Source of the DNA: Desnuesiella massiliensis
Lineage (GTDB): Bacteria; Bacillota; Clostridia; Clostridiales; Clostridiaceae
Direction of reading: 5' to 3'
Assembly: GCF_001403615.1 (NCBI RefSeq)
Contig: NZ_LN879456.1
Coordinates: forward strand, 306,078-370,077
Length of the DNA stretch: 64,000 bases
This document shows, in pieces, positions 60,314-64,000 of this stretch. Made by a program: the position numbers and the translations under genes. Numbering within the stretch: position 1 is the first letter of the stretch; each line of letters opens with the position of its first letter. Below the pieces are notes generated by a model that made no database searches, had not been told where the DNA came from, and worked only from the letters and a program-made list of their open reading frames with translations.

Positions 60314-62005
60314 ATGAATTATAAAAAGATAATTGCAGAAAGAATAAAATGCCATGTGGAATTAGATTTAGACACCATTGAAAAACTTATTGAGATTCCT
60401 CCTAAACCTGAAATGGGGGATTATGCCTTCCCTTGTTTCCAGCTATCCAAAGCTTTAAGAAAGGCTCCTGTTATGATAGCTACAGAGCTAAAGGCAAAAA
60501 TAGATGTTACTGGTTTTGAAACTATTGAGAACTTAGGACCTTATTTAAACTTTTTTGTAGATAAATCTATGTTTGTAAAAAGTACATTAGAGAAAATATT
60601 AACAGAAAAAGAGGCTTATGGATCCTCGGATTTAGGTAATGGAAAAAATGTTATAGTGGAGTATTCTTCTCCTAATATAGCAAAGCCTTTTCATATAGGA
60701 CACTTATTTAGTACATCTATAGGAAACTCTTTATATAAGATTCTCTCCTTTGAGGGCTATAATTGTATTGGAATTAATCATTTAGGTGATTGGGGTACTC
60801 AATTTGGAAAGTTAATATCAGCTTATAAGAGATGGATTAATGAAGAAGCTTTAGAAAAGGATCCTATAGCAGAATTGCTAAGAATATATGTAATGTTCCA
60901 TGATGAAGCGGAAAAAGATCCTTCCTTGGAAGACGAAGCTAGAATGCACTTTAAACGTCTGGAAGATGGATGCGAAGAAGAAACTAAGCTATGGAAGAGG
61001 TTTAAAGATCTAAGCTTAAAGGAATTTGAAAAAGTATATGATAAGCTTAATGTTAAATTTGACTCCTATGCTGGTGAAAGCTTCTATGGTGATAAGATGG
61101 ATTCCGTAGTAGAGGACCTTGAAAGTAAGGGGCTTTTAGTAGAGAGTAATGGAGCAAAGGTAGTTATGTTAGAAGAATATAACATGCCACCATGCATCAT
61201 TAAAAAGGCAGATGGAGCTACTATATATGCTACAAGAGATTTAGCAGCAGCTATATATAGAAAGAAAACCTATGACTTTTATCAAAATATATATGTAGTA
61301 GGAACACCGCAAGCTCTTCATTTTAAACAGGTATTTACCACTCTTAAGCTGATGGGAAATCAGTGGGCTGATGACTGCAAACATGTAGGTTTTGGATTGG
61401 TTACTTTTGGAGATAAAAAGCTATCTACTAGAAAAGGTGATGTAGTCTTACTAGAGGATTTATTAAGAGAAGCGGTAGCAAAGACTTTAGAGATAATTAA
61501 TGAAAAGAATCCAACATTAGAAAATAAAGAGGAAGTGGCTAATAAGGTTGGTATAGGAGCAGTTATATTTGCTTACTTAAAAAATAGCAGAGAAAGAGAT
61601 ATTGTTTTTGATTGGAATGATATGCTAAGCTTTGAGGGAGAAACTGGACCTTATGTTCAATATACCTATGCAAGAGGTAAGAGTGTATTAAGAAAAGCTG
61701 GGGATATTAGTAAAGAAGTAGACTTTTCATTATTAAATTCAAAGGAAGAGTTTGAGCTTGTAAAAGAATTAGAAAGCTTTAATAAAGCTGTTTTGGCTGC
61801 TATAGAAAAGCTAGAACCTTCAGTGATAACTAGATATATTATCAATGTAGCTAAGGCCTTTAATAAATTTTATAATTCCCATTCCGTATTAAATGTAGAG
61901 GATTTAGCATTAAAAGCTACAAGAATTAAGCTGGTAGAAGCTACTTGCCAAGTAATTAAAAATGGTCTTGCTTTATTGGGAATAGAAACTGTAGAAAGAA
62001 TGTAG
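60314..62005 (+). CDS. argS: Arginine--tRNA ligase.
   Basis: HIGH motif [10 protein letters not shown]. Length is 563 aa. GAGAGGAG precedes the ATG. Confidence 0.9.
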   Translation: MNYKKIIAERIKCHVELDLDTIEKLIEIPPKPEMGDYAFPCFQLSKALRKAPVMIATELKAKIDVTGFETIENLGPYLNFFVDKSMFVKSTLEKILTEKEAYGSSDLGNGKNVIVEYSSPNIAKPFHIGHLFSTSIGNSLYKILSFEGYNCIGINHLGDWGTQFGKLISAYKRWINEEALEKDPIAELLRIYVMFHDEAEKDPSLEDEARMHFKRLEDGCEEETKLWKRFKDLSLKEFEKVYDKLNVKFDSYAGESFYGDKMDSVVEDLESKGLLVESNGAKVVMLEEYNMPPCIIKKADGATIYATRDLAAAIYRKKTYDFYQNIYVVGTPQALHFKQVFTTLKLMGNQWADDCKHVGFGLVTFGDKKLSTRKGDVVLLEDLLREAVAKTLEIINEKNPTLENKEEVANKVGIGAVIFAYLKNSRERDIVFDWNDMLSFEGETGPYVQYTYARGKSVLRKAGDISKEVDFSLLNSKEEFELVKELESFNKAVLAAIEKLEPSVITRYIINVAKAFNKFYNSHSVLNVEDLALKATRIKLVEATCQVIKNGLALLGIETVERM

Positions 62006-62225
62006 GCAAATTATATACACAAAAATAAAGATTACTAAAATAAAGATATCAGGGTGTGTACCTTGATATCTTTATTTTATAATATAAGAAAGAAAAATAG
62101 TGAAAGCTATTACAATAAACGAAGTTTGAATATTTTGAAAAAATTCTTCTGAAAGGTTTACTAAGGATTTTAATTTGTATATAATTAAATTAAATAAAAG
62201 CTTAAAATATTTAGGAGGTGTAGTC

Positions 62226-62609
62226 ATGGAGGTAGTAAATATTATGAGTAGTAATGTTATAAATATAAACTATATGGATACTATAAAAACTGCCTTGAGT
62301 ATAATGACAAGTAATAAGATTAATGGTGCACCTGTGGTGGATGAACATAATAAGCTATTAGGCATAATAGTAAAAGCTGATATATATAGATTTTTAAGAG
62401 ATGAAGGTCATTACGATACTTATCCGGTAGAGAATATGATGAATAGGAAAGTCGTTACCTGCAGTGAAAATGATGATGTACTGGAGGTAGCTAAAAAAAT
62501 TAGAAGAAATGATGTTATTGCATTACCTGTAATTGATGATAATCTCAAAGTAAAAGGTATTGTAAGTATTGAAGATTTATTAGATTATTTTATAAAAATT
62601 AGAGAATAA
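62226..62609 (+). CDS. CBS-domain pair protein.
   Basis: Two CBS motifs (GAPVVDEHNKLLGII and ALPVIDDNLKVKGIV). AGGAGG precedes the ATG at 62226. Confidence 0.7.
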   Translation: MEVVNIMSSNVININYMDTIKTALSIMTSNKINGAPVVDEHNKLLGIIVKADIYRFLRDEGHYDTYPVENMMNRKVVTCSENDDVLEVAKKIRRNDVIALPVIDDNLKVKGIVSIEDLLDYFIKIRE

Positions 62610-62706
62610 ATTTTCTTTAAGAAAATAATTAAGAATACTGAGCAGTTTTTTTATGATATTTAAAATAAAAGCTATAAATTAGCCTAAGGCTAATTTATAG
62701 CTTTTA

Positions 62707-62874
62707 TTACTTTTTATTTATAGAAATTAAATTGCTTGAGCATCCACTGCAATTGGTTGAAGATGAGCAACCATCACAACCGCAACTACCTGACTTAGAT
62801 TTCTTAAAATTTTTATATAACATAAATCCAGCGAAAGCAAATATAGAAGCAGTAATTAATATTTCTATTATCAT
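62707..62874 (-). CDS. FeoB-associated Cys-rich small membrane protein (55 aa). It is absent from the ORF track.
   Basis: Translation gives MIIEILITASIFAFAGFMLYKNFKKSKSGSCGCDGCSSSTNCSGCSSNLISINKK. This is one TM helix plus a CGCxGC Cys cluster. It lies immediately downstream of feoB on the same strand. Confidence 0.7.
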   Translation of the reverse strand: MIIEILITASIFAFAGFMLYKNFKKSKSGSCGCDGCSSSTNCSGCSSNLISINKK

Positions 62875-62900
62875 AAAAACACCTTCTTTATATATTTAAA

Positions 62901-64000
62901 TTATATTATCATAGCACTTATATTGTACACTAGGAATGAAACTATCCACGCTAGTACTAACTGATATCCAACTGAAAACCAAGCCATTTTACTTCCATAT
63001 TCCTTCTTTATAGTTGCAACTGTGGCCATGCAAGGCGTATATAGTAAAGTAAATACTAGGAAAGATAAAGCTGCTACAGTAGTAAAATGAGAGGTCAATA
63101 TAGTTTCTAGTTCACTGCCGAATATTACTCCCATAGTAGATACTACAGATTCCTTAGCTACAAAACCAGTAATCAATGAAACTGAGGCTTCCCAACCGCC
63201 AAAGCCTAGAGGTTTAAATAAAGGAGCTAAAATAGAACCAATAGAAGCTAATAAGCTTTCGGATATTTCTTCTGTATAGCCTGCAAAATTAAATTTAGAT
63301 AATAGCCATATTATTATAGCCATAGCAAAAATTATGGTTCCAGCTTTTTTAAGGAAGCCTTTACCCTTATCCCAAGTATGTCTAACCACATTTTTTAATT
63401 CAGGCACTTTATATTCAGGTAATTCTATAATGAAAGGTTCTTCATCCTTCTTAAATAATGTGTTTTTAAATAATAATCCCATTAAAAATGCAATAAATAT
63501 ACCAAGGAAGTATAAAGCAAATACAATTAGGTCAGCATTCTTTGGGAAAAATGCTGCAGTGAATACGGCATATATGGGTAGTCTTGCGTTACAAGACATT
63601 AAGGGAACTAATAAAGCAGTTAATTTTCTATCCTTCTCGCTTTCTAAGGTTCTAGCAGACATTATGGCTGGAACAGAACAACCGAAGCCTACCACAAATG
63701 GTATAAATGCCTTTCCTGAAAGACCTATTTTTCTCATGAGCTTATCCATTATTAAGGCTACTCTAGACATGTATCCGCTATCTTCTAAAATAGATATGAA
63801 AAGAAATAAAGTCATGATTATAGGTGCGAAAACAATAACGCTACCTACACCACCAATAATTCCTTCAACTATTAAGGAATTAAACCAAGGACTTGAATTC
63901 TCAAGCAATCCAGCTACAAAAGGAGAAAGCTTTTCTGCTATGAAACCGTCAAGTAAATCTGAAAGAGGTTGTCCGACCCAATTAAAGGTTATTTTAAACA
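62901..64000 (-). CDS. feoB: Ferrous iron transporter FeoB, C-terminal membrane domain. The gene continues beyond the window end.
   Basis: Gate-motif region GFGCSVPAIM. The ORF is open to the window edge, and the M at 63908 is not a true start. Confidence 0.85.
   Translation of the reverse strand, partial: FKITFNWVGQPLSDLLDGFIAEKLSPFVAGLLENSSPWFNSLIVEGIIGGVGSVIVFAPIIMTLFLFISILEDSGYMSRVALIMDKLMRKIGLSGKAFIPFVVGFGCSVPAIMSARTLESEKDRKLTALLVPLMSCNARLPIYAVFTAAFFPKNADLIVFALYFLGIFIAFLMGLLFKNTLFKKDEEPFIIELPEYKVPELKNVVRHTWDKGKGFLKKAGTIIFAMAIIIWLLSKFNFAGYTEEISESLLASIGSILAPLFKPLGFGGWEASVSLITGFVAKESVVSTMGVIFGSELETILTSHFTTVAALSFLVFTLLYTPCMATVATIKKEYGSKMAWFSVGYQLVLAWIVSFLVYNISAMII

Noticed and set aside
62901-63908. 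Treating 62901-63908 as a complete 335-aa gene starting at MLENS.
   Set aside because: The reading frame stays open to the window end. The G-domain of FeoB must lie beyond position 64000, so the M at 63908 is an internal methionine.
1-64000. tRNA, rRNA and other canonical RNA genes.
   Set aside because: I scanned for GTTCGAATC-type T-arm motifs and cloverleaf-sized GC-rich islands and found none. No 16S or 23S signatures are present.

Overview
This is an AT-rich, Clostridium-type chromosomal segment (the genus is inferred from gene content and synteny only). It is densely coding on both strands, and almost all of it is core metabolism.

Main gene clusters:
- A complete pyrimidine operon, pyrB-pyrI-pyrC-pyrF-pyrK-pyrD-pyrE, preceded by a PyrR-type attenuator.
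- Divergent focA and pflB-pflA.
- The conserved starvation/sporulation triad prkA-yhbH-spoVR, followed by a convergent rubredoxin gene that is not in the ORF track.
- A polyphosphate module: two divergent Ppx/GppA-HD paralogs, ppk1, and an OmpR-type response regulator with a histidine kinase.
- Single housekeeping genes: manA, pckA, sodA, uppP, pfkA, ldh, asnA, birA, hcp, deoD, trmB, argS, and feoB (which runs off the window edge).

Two T-box riboswitch leaders share an almost identical stem I scaffold but carry different specifier codons: AAC upstream of asnA and AGA upstream of argS.

Three IS elements are present:
- An IS3/IS150-group element with an orfA/orfB -1 frameshift site, lying 3 bp after the pckA stop.
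- Two nearly identical IS200-type (tnpA-only, Y1 transposase) copies of about 738 bp, in inverted orientation about 55 kb apart. Copy A is fused onto the 3' end of manA. Copy B sits exactly between the argS T-box terminator and the argS start codon, which is the most interesting architecture in the window.

I found no tRNA, rRNA or CRISPR array, and no convincing defence island or novel multi-gene system. The remaining novelty candidates are modest:
- a 180-bp nested palindromic element at the window start;
- a degenerate CapA/PgsA-like pseudoenzyme;
- two small unannotated Cys-rich ORFs (rubredoxin and a FeoB-associated protein);
- candidate Rex, HcpR and Pho-box-like operators.

Every call rests on reading the six-frame translations and the nucleotide sequence by eye. 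No database search was run.
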